DNA of 64,000 bases, from contig DBQI01000025.1 in the NCBI GenBank assembly GCA_002305165.1, positions 79,590-143,589 on the forward strand. Reading direction: 5' to 3'. The notes beneath the pieces were generated by a model, which worked only from the letters and a program-made list of their open reading frames with translations, made no database searches and was not told the DNA's origin. The stretch is from Armatimonadetes bacterium UBA1398. GTDB taxonomy: Bacteria; Armatimonadota; Zipacnadia; UBA1398. A program made the position numbers and the translations under genes. Below are positions 1 through 9,397 of the stretch, piece after piece; position 1 is the stretch's first letter, and each line of letters opens with the position of its first letter.

Positions 1-1311
1 CTGACGCAGTTTCGCGAGGCGTCCGACGCGGGACGCTTCGACCTGCTGGAACTCGCCACGGCCCCTTCGAACGCGCCGGATCAGGTGCGGGTGGATGGCG
101 TCTGGCCTTACCTGCAGAGGGTTGCCAACCTGCCCGAGCAGCAAGCACGGGTCCTGCAGCAAGCGATGGAGCGGGAACCGGGGCTGCGACCCGCTACGAT
201 CCGATCGATGCGGGTGGCCTTCGGATTCGCCAGACCTGCTTCGCCCGAGACGCGAAGGGCCGCGAGCGGCCTCCTGGCTGGCCTTGCCGCGGAGACGGTC
301 GGCCGCATGGAGTACAGCACTCCGGCGCGAGGTGGGGGCGACACCTGCCCCGCCTGCCGTCGCCCTTTGAGGCCGGGCGCCTCGAGCTGTCTCGCGTGCG
401 GGTACGTGATGCCGCCCGAGGACGCTGCGCTGTTCCAGCCGATAGAGGAGCCAAGCCCCGCCCAGACTACGGCGCGAGTCGAGGGCATCGAACTCGCGGA
501 CGAGCCCCAACGCCCAGCGCCGGCGGCTGCGCCCGAGGCCCAGGGTCGTCGCGCTCCGTCCCGTCTTCCCCTCCACGCCGACCCCCTGGCGGAGGTGGAG
601 GCGACGACCGCCATCCACACCGGCGACAAGCGGGTCGACTTCTTCGTGACCCAGGGCGACCGGAACCTTGCGGCGGGTCGCCACGATGACGCCCTACAGA
701 GCTATCGATCGGCCGCAGGCGACACGCCCGCCTCGGCCCTGGCCCACAACCGCGCCGGCGACGTGTTGGCAATGCTTAGGCGGTACCGAGAGGCGCAGCG
801 CCACTACGAGCGGGCCATCGCCCTCAACCCAGGCGACTACGACGCACGCCATGACTTGGGCCGAGTCCTGCTCACCCGGGGCGACCTCCACGGGGCTGCC
901 GGCCATCTCCGGGCCGTCGTTGAGGCAGACCCCTCGCCCGAGCTACGGCTCTCGGCGCTCACGCATCTGGGGTCAGCCTGCTGTGCCCAGGGGGATCTCG
1001 AGCAGGCCATCGAGGCGTGGTCTCGGGTGGTCCGCGAGGGTCCGCCCAACGCGCCGGTTCGTTACTCTCTGGGCGTGGCTCTGGCGCGTCTGGGACGGCA
1101 GGAAGAAGCGAAAACCCAGTGGCGCGCCGCCCTCACCGACGACCCCAATCACGCGGAGAGCCGTGCCGCCCTGACCCAGGCCGAGTCCGCGTACGGCAGC
1201 GACTTCATGCGCGTGCAGCGGATGCCCGACGGCCCAGGGCGGGGTGCGTCACTGCTCACCGGCGCCCTGGACATCCTCGGTTCGCTCCTGGGACCCCGCC
1301 GCATCTACTGA
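1..1311 (+). CDS. Zinc-ribbon + TPR-repeat protein, 5' end outside the window; the first ~40 aa resemble the C-terminal lobe of a Ser/Thr protein kinase
   Basis: The frame of ORF 85..1311 is open back to nt 1 (LTQFREASDAGRFDLLELATAPS...), so the gene probably starts upstream. Zinc-ribbon motif CPACRRPL-x8-CLACGY. The C-terminal half has TPR-like repeats (YERAIALNPGDYDARHDLG, WRAALTDDPNHAES). VLQQAMEREPGLRPATIRSM looks like the kinase subdomain XI region. Confidence 0.6.
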   Translation: MTQFREASDAGRFDLLELATAPSNAPDQVRVDGVWPYLQRVANLPEQQARVLQQAMEREPGLRPATIRSMRVAFGFARPASPETRRAASGLLAGLAAETVGRMEYSTPARGGGDTCPACRRPLRPGASSCLACGYVMPPEDAALFQPIEEPSPAQTTARVEGIELADEPQRPAPAAAPEAQGRRAPSRLPLHADPLAEVEATTAIHTGDKRVDFFVTQGDRNLAAGRHDDALQSYRSAAGDTPASALAHNRAGDVLAMLRRYREAQRHYERAIALNPGDYDARHDLGRVLLTRGDLHGAAGHLRAVVEADPSPELRLSALTHLGSACCAQGDLEQAIEAWSRVVREGPPNAPVRYSLGVALARLGRQEEAKTQWRAALTDDPNHAESRAALTQAESAYGSDFMRVQRMPDGPGRGASLLTGALDILGSLLGPRRIY

Positions 1312-2063
1312 CTCGGAGTATGGAAGGGCGGCTCCCCCTGTACGCTGTCGACGATGGCCCGGCAGCGGTCGAGCGTCGCCTCATCGCCCCACGCCAGGAA
1401 CCACGTCGCTCCCTCCGCCCCATTGATGCCGCCGGCGGCCATGGGCAACGCCTCCACTCCGGCCAGCACCGCCAGGGCCTCGATCTCGGTGATGATGCGG
1501 CCCTGGGAGATCCACAGCTGCGGGATGTCGCTCAAGGCGGGCTCCTGGTCGTTCACTCGCCCAGCAATCTCCCACAAGTCGCCCGCGATGGTCTTCTCGA
1601 GTCCCACGGGCGTTAGCTGGAGCGCGTTCTTGCCGATGACGTGGCCCGCGGTATTACCGACGGTGCCGCCCGTACGGTCACCGACTAGCACCCCCGCCAT
1701 CCGACGGTCGGGCGACAGGGCGTTGGCCCCCTTGATGAGCACATCGCCGGGGCCCAGATCGGCCGCCGCAGCGATCGCGGAGACCCCCTCCAAGGGGACT
1801 CCGGCGCGAAGGACTACATCGGGAACCCGCTCGGCGGTCATCGGCGAGGCGCCGCGCACGGGCTGGGTGTTGCCCGTGAGGTAGGTTGGCTTGTCGATAG
1901 TCCGGCCCAACACCTCCTCGACGATGTAGGCGTTTGTCGATCCCTTGCAGATGATCACCGTCCCAGTCTCAAGCCCCTTGCGAACCTCGGGCAGCGCGGC
2001 GACGGCTCGCGCAATGAGCCGCTTGCCCTCGCTTACCGTCAGGTGAAAGGCGATCTTGGCCAT
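1305..2063 (-). CDS. Conserved hypothetical protein (252 aa), family not recognised
   Basis: Long ORF with protein-like composition (MAKIAFHLTVSEGKRLIARAV...GSTNAYIVEEVLG...VLIKGANAL). It fills the gap between neighbours and overlaps the upstream convergent gene by 7 nt tail-to-tail. Confidence 0.55.
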   Translation of the reverse strand: MAKIAFHLTVSEGKRLIARAVAALPEVRKGLETGTVIICKGSTNAYIVEEVLGRTIDKPTYLTGNTQPVRGASPMTAERVPDVVLRAGVPLEGVSAIAAAADLGPGDVLIKGANALSPDRRMAGVLVGDRTGGTVGNTAGHVIGKNALQLTPVGLEKTIAGDLWEIAGRVNDQEPALSDIPQLWISQGRIITEIEALAVLAGVEALPMAAGGINGAEGATWFLAWGDEATLDRCRAIVDSVQGEPPFHTPSQ

Positions 2064-2198
2064 GGATGTGACCCTCCATCCGTGCGTGATGGGATGGTTA
2101 GGGGTTCGGCGGCATTGCCTTCGAGCCCTGGTGGCAAGGGACTGATGGCGGTGAGGGCGAATCCGGTGCTCTCAAGCCATCGAAGAGGGAATGCTGCT

Positions 2199-5100
2199 AT
2201 GAAGCGCGACTTGATCCAGCGGTTCGAGAACCCCGGCGCCGAGTACCGGGGAAAGCCTTTCTGGAGTTGGAACGGTAAGCTCGAGGCCGAGGAGCTCCTC
2301 CGCCAGATCGGCGTGTGCCGTGATATGGGCTTCGGTGGGTTCTTTATGCACTCGCGGACGGGACTCCGGACCGAGTATCTCGGTGATGAATGGTTCGATC
2401 TGATCAACCTTTGCGCCGATGAAGGAGAGCGGCTGGGGCTGGAGGCGTGGCTCTATGACGAGGACCGCTGGCCCAGTGGCTCCGCCGGCGGCATGGCCAC
2501 CGAGGATCCCCAGTACCGGATGAAGTACCTGCGTCTCACACCCCGCCCCGCGGACGAGTTCGCGTGGGATGACTCCTTCGTCGCCGCCTTCGCCTGCGAC
2601 CTCGATGGGATCGACTATCGCGGCGCCGTGCGTCTGAGCTCTGATACTCCGGCCGCGGAGATCGCCGGGCGAACGGTGCTCTGCTTCACGGTTGAGGAGA
2701 TGGCGTCCAGCACCTTCTACCAGGGGAATACCTACCTGGACACCATGAACCGAGAGGCAACGGAGCATTTCCTGCAGCTCACCCACGAGCGCTACAAGGC
2801 TAAGTGCGGGGACCGGCTGGGCCGGTCCATCAAGGGCATCTTCACCGATGAGCCCCATCGGGGCATGGTGATGTGCGGCTCGGGCATCCCGAACCAGGAC
2901 TCCGCCTGGCTTGTGCCGTGGACCCCCAAGCTCCCTGACCGCTTCCAGGAATGGTTCGGGTACGATCTCCGGGACCGTCTGCCCGAGGTCTTCCTGCGTC
3001 CGAACGGGGAGCGCCTCTCCCCCGTGAAGTGGCAGTTCATGGAGTGTCTGCAGCGATTGTTCCTCGAGAACTGGGCCGTGCCGTGCGATGAGTGGTGCCG
3101 ACGGAACGGGCTGATCCTGACGGGCCACATCCTCCACGAGGACACCCTGGGCGCTCAGGCCGTGCCGTGCGGCTCGGTGATGCGGTACTACGAGCACATG
3201 GAGTACCCCGGCGTGGATGTCCTGACCGAGGGCAACCGAGCGTTCTGGATTGTGAAGCAATGCGCGTCCGTGTGTCGTCAGCTCGGTCGGCCTTGGCTCC
3301 TCTCGGAGCTCTACGGTTGCACGGGATGGCAGATGCCTCTCGAGGCGCATAAGTCAGTGGGCGACTGGCAGTCGCTGCTCGGCGTGACCCTCCGGTGCCC
3401 CCACCTGAGCTGGTACACCATGGAGGCCGAAGCCAAGCGCGACTTCCCGGCCAGCATCTTCCACCAGTCCGCCTGGTACACAGACTACCCCTATGTGGAG
3501 GACTACTTCTCGCGGATGCATGTGGTCCTGGCTCATGGGAAGCCTCGGTGCGATGTCCTCGTCGTGAATCCAGTGGAGAGTGCCTGGGCTCAGATCCATG
3601 TGGACTGGGCACGCTGGCTGGACTCCATCGATCCCCTCGTCAAGGAGCTCGACAGCGCGTACAGGGACCTCTTCCACTGGCTGTGCGATGCGCAGATCGA
3701 GTTCGACTACGGAGACGAGGACCACATTGGGCGGTGGGGCAAGGTCTTGGAGACGTCGGGGAGGCCTCGCTTCCAGCTCGGCGAGATGGCGTACAGCACG
3801 ATCATCGTGTCGGGTATGGAGACGATCCGCTCCAGCACGGTTGCCAAGCTCAAGGAGTTTATGTCGGCGGGCGGGCAGGTCATCTTCGCCGGCGAGCCCC
3901 CCACCCATCAGGATGGCGAGGCGTCCGAGGCCCCGGCCAAGCTGGCGCAGAAGGCGCTCCGGTCCTCCTTTGACCGGAGCGCTGTGGTGACTGCGGTGAA
4001 GGTCGCCGCGCCGACCACCGTTGAGGTGGTGCACCGTGAGACGGGCATGCCGCTGACCGATGTCTTCGTTCAGGTGCGAGACAGCGACGCGGGGACAATG
4101 ATCCTCGCCGTCAATGTCAACCGCGAGCATCCGACTCCCGAGGCCACGCTCCGCATGCGCGGCTCGGGTGCAGTCGAGGAGTGGGACCTGGTCACAGGAG
4201 GACGCCAGCGGGTTGCGGCCCAGTCGGCCGACGGCTGGCTCAAGGTGGACCTTTCGCTCCCGGCCTCTGGCCAGGCTCTCTTCTGGGTGGGGGATCAGGA
4301 TGATCCCTCCCTACCACGCCGACAAGCCCTGGCTGAGTCGGACTCCACCCCTCTCGAGGGTCCCTACGCGTACGAACTCGATGAGCCGAACGTTCTCGTT
4401 CTGGATCGGGCGCGCTTCAGCCTGGACGGCGGGGAGTGGAGCGCGGGCCTCGAGATTCTCAAGGCCGATCAACGCATCCGGGACACGCTGGGTATACCTC
4501 GCAGGGGCGGTGAGATGCTCCAGCCGTGGTTCACCGCCAAGCACGTCCCGCCGGTCAGAGCCCAGCTCGCGTTGGAGTTCACCTTTGCCGTGGACCGGCT
4601 CCCCGAGGGACCCGTCGAACTGGTCATGGAGCACCCCGAGCGGTTCGTCGTGGCGGTCAACGGGACAATACTCGATACGGCTACCGACAACGGCTGGTGG
4701 TGTGATCCTTGCTTCCGCCGCCTGACCCTACCCGACGGCGCTCTGATCGAGGGAGACAATGTGGTCAGGCTGGAGGTTGGCTTCCACGAGCTCATCGACC
4801 TGGAGTCTCTCTACCTGCAGGGAGGCTTTGGGGTGCGCATCGACGGCACGCGCCGAGCGATGGTCGAGATGCCGGAGACCCTGCGCGTTGGGGATCTCGT
4901 CGAGCAGGGGCTGCCCTTCTATACGGGCCGCGTGCGCTACCTCATGCCGGCCGTTCCTTGTGGCGAGGGGAGAGCCTTCCTCGTGATCGACGAGTTCGAG
5001 GGCGCTCTCGTCCGGGTCGAGGCGGATGGCGGGGTCGCTCAGCCCATCGCCTGGCAGCCCTACGAGACCGAGATCACCGGCCTGCTCCCCACCGACCGGC

Positions 5101-5288
5101 TGGTAGTGGAGACGGTCCTCACCCGTCGGAACGTCTTTGGACCACTGCACCAAGTGCCGAAGCTCACAGCCGGGTACGGGCCGGGGAACTGGATCAGTGA
5201 GGGCAAGTCGTTCTCCGAGGGGTATCAGCTCATACCCTCGGGGCTGCTGACGCCGCCGCGCGTGAGCTGGCGCGCACCCGTGGAGTGA
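2199..5288 (+). CDS. Large cytoplasmic glycoside hydrolase, candidate alpha-L-rhamnosidase-like (GH106-like) enzyme; paralog of 20550..23654
   Basis: ATG at 2199 (MKRDLIQRFENPGAEYRGKPFWSWNGKLEAEELLRQIGVCRDMGFGGFFMHSRTGL) avoids overlap with 1305..2063. The N-terminal F-x-N-P...PFW-x-WNG...GfGGf motif is typical of this hydrolase group. It shares blocks with the rhaT-linked paralog (WxYDEDRWPSG vs WIFDERWWPSG). No signal peptide. Confidence 0.7.
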   Translation: MKRDLIQRFENPGAEYRGKPFWSWNGKLEAEELLRQIGVCRDMGFGGFFMHSRTGLRTEYLGDEWFDLINLCADEGERLGLEAWLYDEDRWPSGSAGGMATEDPQYRMKYLRLTPRPADEFAWDDSFVAAFACDLDGIDYRGAVRLSSDTPAAEIAGRTVLCFTVEEMASSTFYQGNTYLDTMNREATEHFLQLTHERYKAKCGDRLGRSIKGIFTDEPHRGMVMCGSGIPNQDSAWLVPWTPKLPDRFQEWFGYDLRDRLPEVFLRPNGERLSPVKWQFMECLQRLFLENWAVPCDEWCRRNGLILTGHILHEDTLGAQAVPCGSVMRYYEHMEYPGVDVLTEGNRAFWIVKQCASVCRQLGRPWLLSELYGCTGWQMPLEAHKSVGDWQSLLGVTLRCPHLSWYTMEAEAKRDFPASIFHQSAWYTDYPYVEDYFSRMHVVLAHGKPRCDVLVVNPVESAWAQIHVDWARWLDSIDPLVKELDSAYRDLFHWLCDAQIEFDYGDEDHIGRWGKVLETSGRPRFQLGEMAYSTIIVSGMETIRSSTVAKLKEFMSAGGQVIFAGEPPTHQDGEASEAPAKLAQKALRSSFDRSAVVTAVKVAAPTTVEVVHRETGMPLTDVFVQVRDSDAGTMILAVNVNREHPTPEATLRMRGSGAVEEWDLVTGGRQRVAAQSADGWLKVDLSLPASGQALFWVGDQDDPSLPRRQALAESDSTPLEGPYAYELDEPNVLVLDRARFSLDGGEWSAGLEILKADQRIRDTLGIPRRGGEMLQPWFTAKHVPPVRAQLALEFTFAVDRLPEGPVELVMEHPERFVVAVNGTILDTATDNGWWCDPCFRRLTLPDGALIEGDNVVRLEVGFHELIDLESLYLQGGFGVRIDGTRRAMVEMPETLRVGDLVEQGLPFYTGRVRYLMPAVPCGEGRAFLVIDEFEGALVRVEADGGVAQPIAWQPYETEITGLLPTDRLVVETVLTRRNVFGPLHQVPKLTAGYGPGNWISEGKSFSEGYQLIPSGLLTPPRVSWRAPVE

Positions 5289-5292
5289 TGAT

Positions 5293-5324
5293 GGCTTGGG
5301 GCGGGGATACCCTCGCCCCAAGCC
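5293..5324 (+). terminator. Stem-loop directly after the hydrolase stop codon (terminator-like, no U-tract)
   Basis: GGCTTGGGGCG (5293-5303) pairs with CGCCCCAAGCC (5314-5324). A second imperfect palindrome follows (CCTCACGCCCTCG atg CGAGGGTGAGG). The stop codon is at 5286-5288. Confidence 0.4.
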
Positions 5325-5512
5325 TCACGCCCTCGATGCGAGGGTGAGGGCGGCAAAGCTGCCCAGGTCGGGGTCCTCCAGCCCCTGGCCGTACGTGATC
5401 GAACGCCGAAGCACAGCAGCCATACCCCCCCGGGCAGCGACGCCATGTGAGACCTTTGGCGGCGACTCGTGTCCTATGGTCTGGTGACATCCTAGATTGC
5501 GAGTGAGACCCA

Positions 5513-6583
5513 ATGGTACGCTGGATCGTAGCTGCGGCGGCCACCATGCTGTTGGCCGCGTCTGCCTGGAGCCAGCCACAGGAAGGCGATGAGGCCGTCG
5601 CGCCCGTCGATGCGGTCGTTGCGACGGCTCCGGCGCCGGTTGAGGCCGTGACCTTCGACTTCCCTGGCGGCGGAATTGCTGATCTCTGCGCTGCTCGCCA
5701 GGCGCTGTTAGGCGTTCGCACGGTCCCTCTACGCCCCTATGGACGTGTGTTGCAGGCAGTCTCGTGGACGTCCGGAGGCGATGAGCAGGCCTCGCCTGTG
5801 CCGCTCCCGGTCACGTCCGACGCGCTGCAGGTCGCTGAGGGGGCCCTCGTCCACGCGCCCGCGCTGGACCTCCACCTTGCCCAGACGCTCTGGCTTGGGG
5901 TGCGACCGGGGTGGCTTCTCGAACCGAAGGGAAGCCCGGAGGTCGCTCCCCCGCGTCCGATACGCCCAACGCGCGATGGCGAGACCATCGCCTTCATCGA
6001 CTTCCGCGCCAACCCCATCGGCCTACCGGAGTTGCGCCAGCAGCTTGCCGCCTACTCGCGCCTCCCCATTCTGCTCGCTGAAGGCTCGCAGCTGCGGGAT
6101 GAGCGCCTCCCCATCTATGCCCAGGGCATCACTGTCGCTGACGCCATCCGAGCGCTGGCCCAGGCCTCAGGCCTCGAAGCCGTGCCCGTCGATGTCGCCT
6201 TCGATCTGGAGTCCGACTTGGCCGACTACCTCGCGTGCGTCTCAGACAGCGAGGTCATCGAACAGACCCAGCTTCTGACCGTGTGGGATAGCCTCAGCGG
6301 CGAGGAGAAGCAGAGACTCCTCGACTCGATCCTGAGTCAATACAAGCGGCTGCCCGACGAGCGGCGCGCGGAGGTCCGGCGGACGATGTTCTCCATGATC
6401 GAGAGCATCCAGGCACGACTCGAGCAGCTCGGACCTCAGGCGGCCGAGGGGGTATCGGCCTCCCTAGCTCGCCTCTACGGGGACCTCGTTCAATGGTATT
6501 CGGGCCTGGAGCCCGGCGATCGGGGAGAGCTCTCCGGACTGTTCGGCACCATGAACAGCCTCTTCGGGGGAGCGCACCCCTAG
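5513..6583 (+). CDS. Secreted hypothetical protein (356 aa)
   Basis: Signal-peptide-like N-terminus MVRWIVAAAATMLLAASAWSQP. Long ORF with a 224-nt upstream intergenic region. No recognisable family. Confidence 0.6.
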   Translation: MVRWIVAAAATMLLAASAWSQPQEGDEAVAPVDAVVATAPAPVEAVTFDFPGGGIADLCAARQALLGVRTVPLRPYGRVLQAVSWTSGGDEQASPVPLPVTSDALQVAEGALVHAPALDLHLAQTLWLGVRPGWLLEPKGSPEVAPPRPIRPTRDGETIAFIDFRANPIGLPELRQQLAAYSRLPILLAEGSQLRDERLPIYAQGITVADAIRALAQASGLEAVPVDVAFDLESDLADYLACVSDSEVIEQTQLLTVWDSLSGEEKQRLLDSILSQYKRLPDERRAEVRRTMFSMIESIQARLEQLGPQAAEGVSASLARLYGDLVQWYSGLEPGDRGELSGLFGTMNSLFGGAHP

Positions 6584-6591
6584 GCGACCGC

Positions 6592-7263
6592 CTACTGCAG
6601 ACGAGTCTCGTTGATGTACAGCCCGAAGTCGCAGCCTAGGTGGTTCGCGGCCGTGCGGCACATGATCATGCGCTCCAGGAAGATCTCGAAGTACTCCATC
6701 ACAGACCCCTTGCTCGTATCGATCACGATCTCGAGATCGATCTTACGAGCGTCTGCCACGACACGCAGGAAGGACGACTTCGCGGCATCGTTGATTCGGT
6801 CGTGAATATCGAAGTCCGCCTTGGCGCGCACCCGGGTGCAGTGGACATCGGCCTTGTCGGCCAGGACCAATGCGGCGGCGATGTCGAGCGTGGGTACCAG
6901 ATCCAGGGTCTCGTGGTGGGCGATGGAGGTGCAGATGTCCGCGACCTCATCGGCGGCCATGCCTCTACGACTCAGCAGCTCGAAGGCCATGATGGCGCCG
7001 GAGAGGGTGTGGCCGTGCCGGCCCATGAAGTTGCCCACATCGTGCAGCAGACCGGCGATTCGAGCCAGCTCGCACCGTCGCGGCGGCGCGCCCAGCCCCT
7101 CCAGGATGGAGCCCGCGCCGTGGGACACCACCTTGGTGTGCCTCATCCCATGCTCCGTGTAGCCGATCTGCTCCATGAGCGTGTCGGCCTTCTCGATATA
7201 GGTTCTGACCTCAGGGTCCTGGACCAGATCTTCAGCGGTGAGTTCCTCGCTCGACTCAGGCAT
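6592..7263 (-). CDS. HD-domain metal-dependent phosphohydrolase
   Basis: HGMRHTKVVSH...LLHDVGNFMGRHGH (H...HD...) motifs. Start moved to the ATG at 7261-7263 (MPESSEEL), which overlaps the tgt stop by 1 nt (ATGA). Confidence 0.8.
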   Translation of the reverse strand: MPESSEELTAEDLVQDPEVRTYIEKADTLMEQIGYTEHGMRHTKVVSHGAGSILEGLGAPPRRCELARIAGLLHDVGNFMGRHGHTLSGAIMAFELLSRRGMAADEVADICTSIAHHETLDLVPTLDIAAALVLADKADVHCTRVRAKADFDIHDRINDAAKSSFLRVVADARKIDLEIVIDTSKGSVMEYFEIFLERMIMCRTAANHLGCDFGLYINETRLQ

Positions 7264-8396
7264 CACTCGACCTCCTCCTGCGGTGCTGGCCGGGCGTACG
7301 CCTCGACCATCTCGGGGAATGTCCCCTCGAGGATCGCTTGTCGTATCCCCAGCATCAGCCTGCGGTAGTGGTGGAGGTTGTGCACCGCCAGCAGCCGACA
7401 ACCCAGGATCTCCTTCGCTCGTACCAGGTGAGCTAGGTATGCCGCTGGGTAGCGGGTGCATGCCTCACATCCGCAGTCCGCGTCCAAAGGGGAGTCCTCC
7501 TGCTTCCAGCGGGCATTTCGGAGCTGCACGGTGCCCCGCCCGACAAAAGCGGTGCCGTGGCGCGCGAGACGGGTCGGCAGAACGCAGTCGAACATGTCGA
7601 CTCCCGCCGCGACGGCGGGCACGATGTCATGAGGCGTCCCCACTCCCATGAGGTACCGCGGCCGGTCCGCCGGTAGCGCTGCGGCGCACTCCGGCAGCAG
7701 CCGTCCCGTCACCTCGGGTGGCTCGCCGAAGGACAGCCCACCGATGGCATATCCGTCGAAGGGCAGCTCGGAGATCCGCCGAGAGCTGAGCAGACGGAGT
7801 TCGCGATCGAAGCCACCTTGCTGGATGCCGAAGAGCATCCGCCCGGGGGCCTCCAGCCGTCGTCTGGCGCGGGCCTCGCAGGCCTGGATGGCCCAGCGGT
7901 CCGAGCGGTCGGTGGCGTCGGCGGTCCGTTCGCGCGTTGCCCCCCATGGCACGGGTTGGTCGAGGGGCATCATGATGTCCGACCCTAGGTTGGCCTGTAT
8001 TTCGATCACGCGATCCGGTGTAAGGCGCACCTCGTCGCCCGTAGCAGGATCGTGGAAGGTTACCCCCTCGTCATCGACTCGGCGCCGCGTCTCCAGGCTG
8101 AATACCTGGTAGCCGCCCGAGTCGGTGAGGATCGAGCCATCCCATCCCATGAAGGCGTGGAGGCCCCCCAGTCTCGCCACCAAGGTATCGCCGGGGCGGA
8201 CGGAGAGATGGTAGGCGTTACCGAGAATAAGCCGGTAGCCCAGTTCGTTTAGCTCACCCACCGTGACAGCCTTGACGGTGCCCAGGGTGCCAACGGGCAT
8301 GAATACGGGGGTGGGCACATCGCCGCGCGGCAGCCTCAGAGTGCCCGCCCGGGCCGCGGTCCGCGAACAAGTGCCGCCTACCTCGAAGGCCGTCAC
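7263..8396 (-). CDS. tgt: Queuine tRNA-ribosyltransferase (tRNA-guanine transglycosylase)
   Basis: TPVFMPVGTLGTVKAV, LGNAYHL, MGWDGSILTDSGGYQVFSL, LPFDGYAIGGLSFGE and the C-terminal C-x-C-x2-C zinc motif (CGCEAC). Likely GTG start at 8396 (VTAFEV...), giving a GTGA overlap with the rluD stop. The ORF track start is 8462. Confidence 0.9.
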   Translation of the reverse strand: MTAFEVGGTCSRTAARAGTLRLPRGDVPTPVFMPVGTLGTVKAVTVGELNELGYRLILGNAYHLSVRPGDTLVARLGGLHAFMGWDGSILTDSGGYQVFSLETRRRVDDEGVTFHDPATGDEVRLTPDRVIEIQANLGSDIMMPLDQPVPWGATRERTADATDRSDRWAIQACEARARRRLEAPGRMLFGIQQGGFDRELRLLSSRRISELPFDGYAIGGLSFGEPPEVTGRLLPECAAALPADRPRYLMGVGTPHDIVPAVAAGVDMFDCVLPTRLARHGTAFVGRGTVQLRNARWKQEDSPLDADCGCEACTRYPAAYLAHLVRAKEILGCRLLAVHNLHHYRRLMLGIRQAILEGTFPEMVEAYARPAPQEEVE

Positions 8397-9397
8397 GCCG
8401 GCCCCAACTCCCTGGTGAGCTCCCGCAGGGCCTCGACGAGCTCCTTGAAGTGGTCCTTCCATGGCGCCTCGAAGGTCATGATCTCCTCGGACCTTGGGTG
8501 GCGGAAGGTCAGCCGGTACGCGTGCAGGGCCTGCCCAGGGATCCGCTCCACCACGTCTCCGACGCCCGAGTCCCAGTCCCGAGGCTGGATCTCCGAGGGC
8601 CGGGCCTTCCCCCGACCGTACTGCGGATCCCCTACGACGGAGTGACCGATGTGGTTGAGGTGCACCCGGATCTGGTGCGTCCGCCCCGTCTCGATATCGA
8701 CCTCAAGTAGAGCCATCCCGGGGTAGGTCTCCAGAGTACGGTACCGTGATAGGGCGTGCCGGCCGCGGCGCGACTCCTCGATGACGGCCATCTTCTTGCG
8801 GTCCACGGGGTGGCGCCCGATCGGCGCGTTGATGACCCCCTCCGACGGATCGGGCAGGCCGTAGCAGACGGCATGGTAGGTCTTGTCAACTTGCCGTAGC
8901 CGAATCTGCTCCGAGAGCTCCATGTGAGCCGATTCACTCTTGGCGACGACGATGACCCCCGTGGTGTCCTTGTCCAGCCGGTGCACCAAGCCCGGGCGAC
9001 CGATGACGCCCGTGCTCTTCATCGCCGGGCAGTGGGCGACCAGGCCGTTCACCAGGGTGCCTCGGCTGATGCCCGGCGCGGGGTGGACGATTAGCCCAGC
9101 CTGCTTGTTGAGGACGATGAGATCCTCGTCCTCGTAGAGGATATCCAGGGGGATGTCATCAGGGACGATATCCGTCTCGACTTCGGTCTCGGGCCCGATC
9201 TCGACCCGCACCACGTCGCCGCGCCGAAGCCGGTAGGAGGCCCTCTCAAGCGAGCCGTGGACGGTGATCTCGCCCGTCTCTATAGCCCGCTGGATCCGGC
9301 TACGGGAGATGTGGGGCATGAGCTGGCTGACGAACTTGTCCAGCCGCTCCCCCGCCGCCTCTCGGACCGCCAACTCAAGAGACGCGGTCGGTTCCAT
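8393..9397 (-). CDS. rluD: RluA/RluD-family 23S rRNA pseudouridine synthase with N-terminal S4 domain
   Basis: HRLDKDTTGVIVVAKS catalytic motif, RTHQIRVHL, and S4-like N-terminus (ERLDKFVSQLMPHISRSRIQRAIETGEITVHG). ATG at 9395-9397 (MEPTASLE). The ORF track start is 9484. Confidence 0.85.
   Translation of the reverse strand: MEPTASLELAVREAAGERLDKFVSQLMPHISRSRIQRAIETGEITVHGSLERASYRLRRGDVVRVEIGPETEVETDIVPDDIPLDILYEDEDLIVLNKQAGLIVHPAPGISRGTLVNGLVAHCPAMKSTGVIGRPGLVHRLDKDTTGVIVVAKSESAHMELSEQIRLRQVDKTYHAVCYGLPDPSEGVINAPIGRHPVDRKKMAVIEESRRGRHALSRYRTLETYPGMALLEVDIETGRTHQIRVHLNHIGHSVVGDPQYGRGKARPSEIQPRDWDSGVGDVVERIPGQALHAYRLTFRHPRSEEIMTFEAPWKDHFKELVEALRELTRELGPA

Noticed and set aside
2172-3350. Long antisense or off-frame ORFs throughout the track (for example 2172..3350-, 10026..10937+, 13046..14161+, 18451..19902-, 28430..29989-, 40017..41444+, 48594..49784+, 53184..54395+, 55200..56045+, 57531..58478+).
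   Set aside because: They lie opposite or out of frame to genes with strong family motifs. They are Arg/Gly/Pro/Ala-rich with no recognisable domains. Stop-poor alternative frames are the expected artefact of high-GC DNA.
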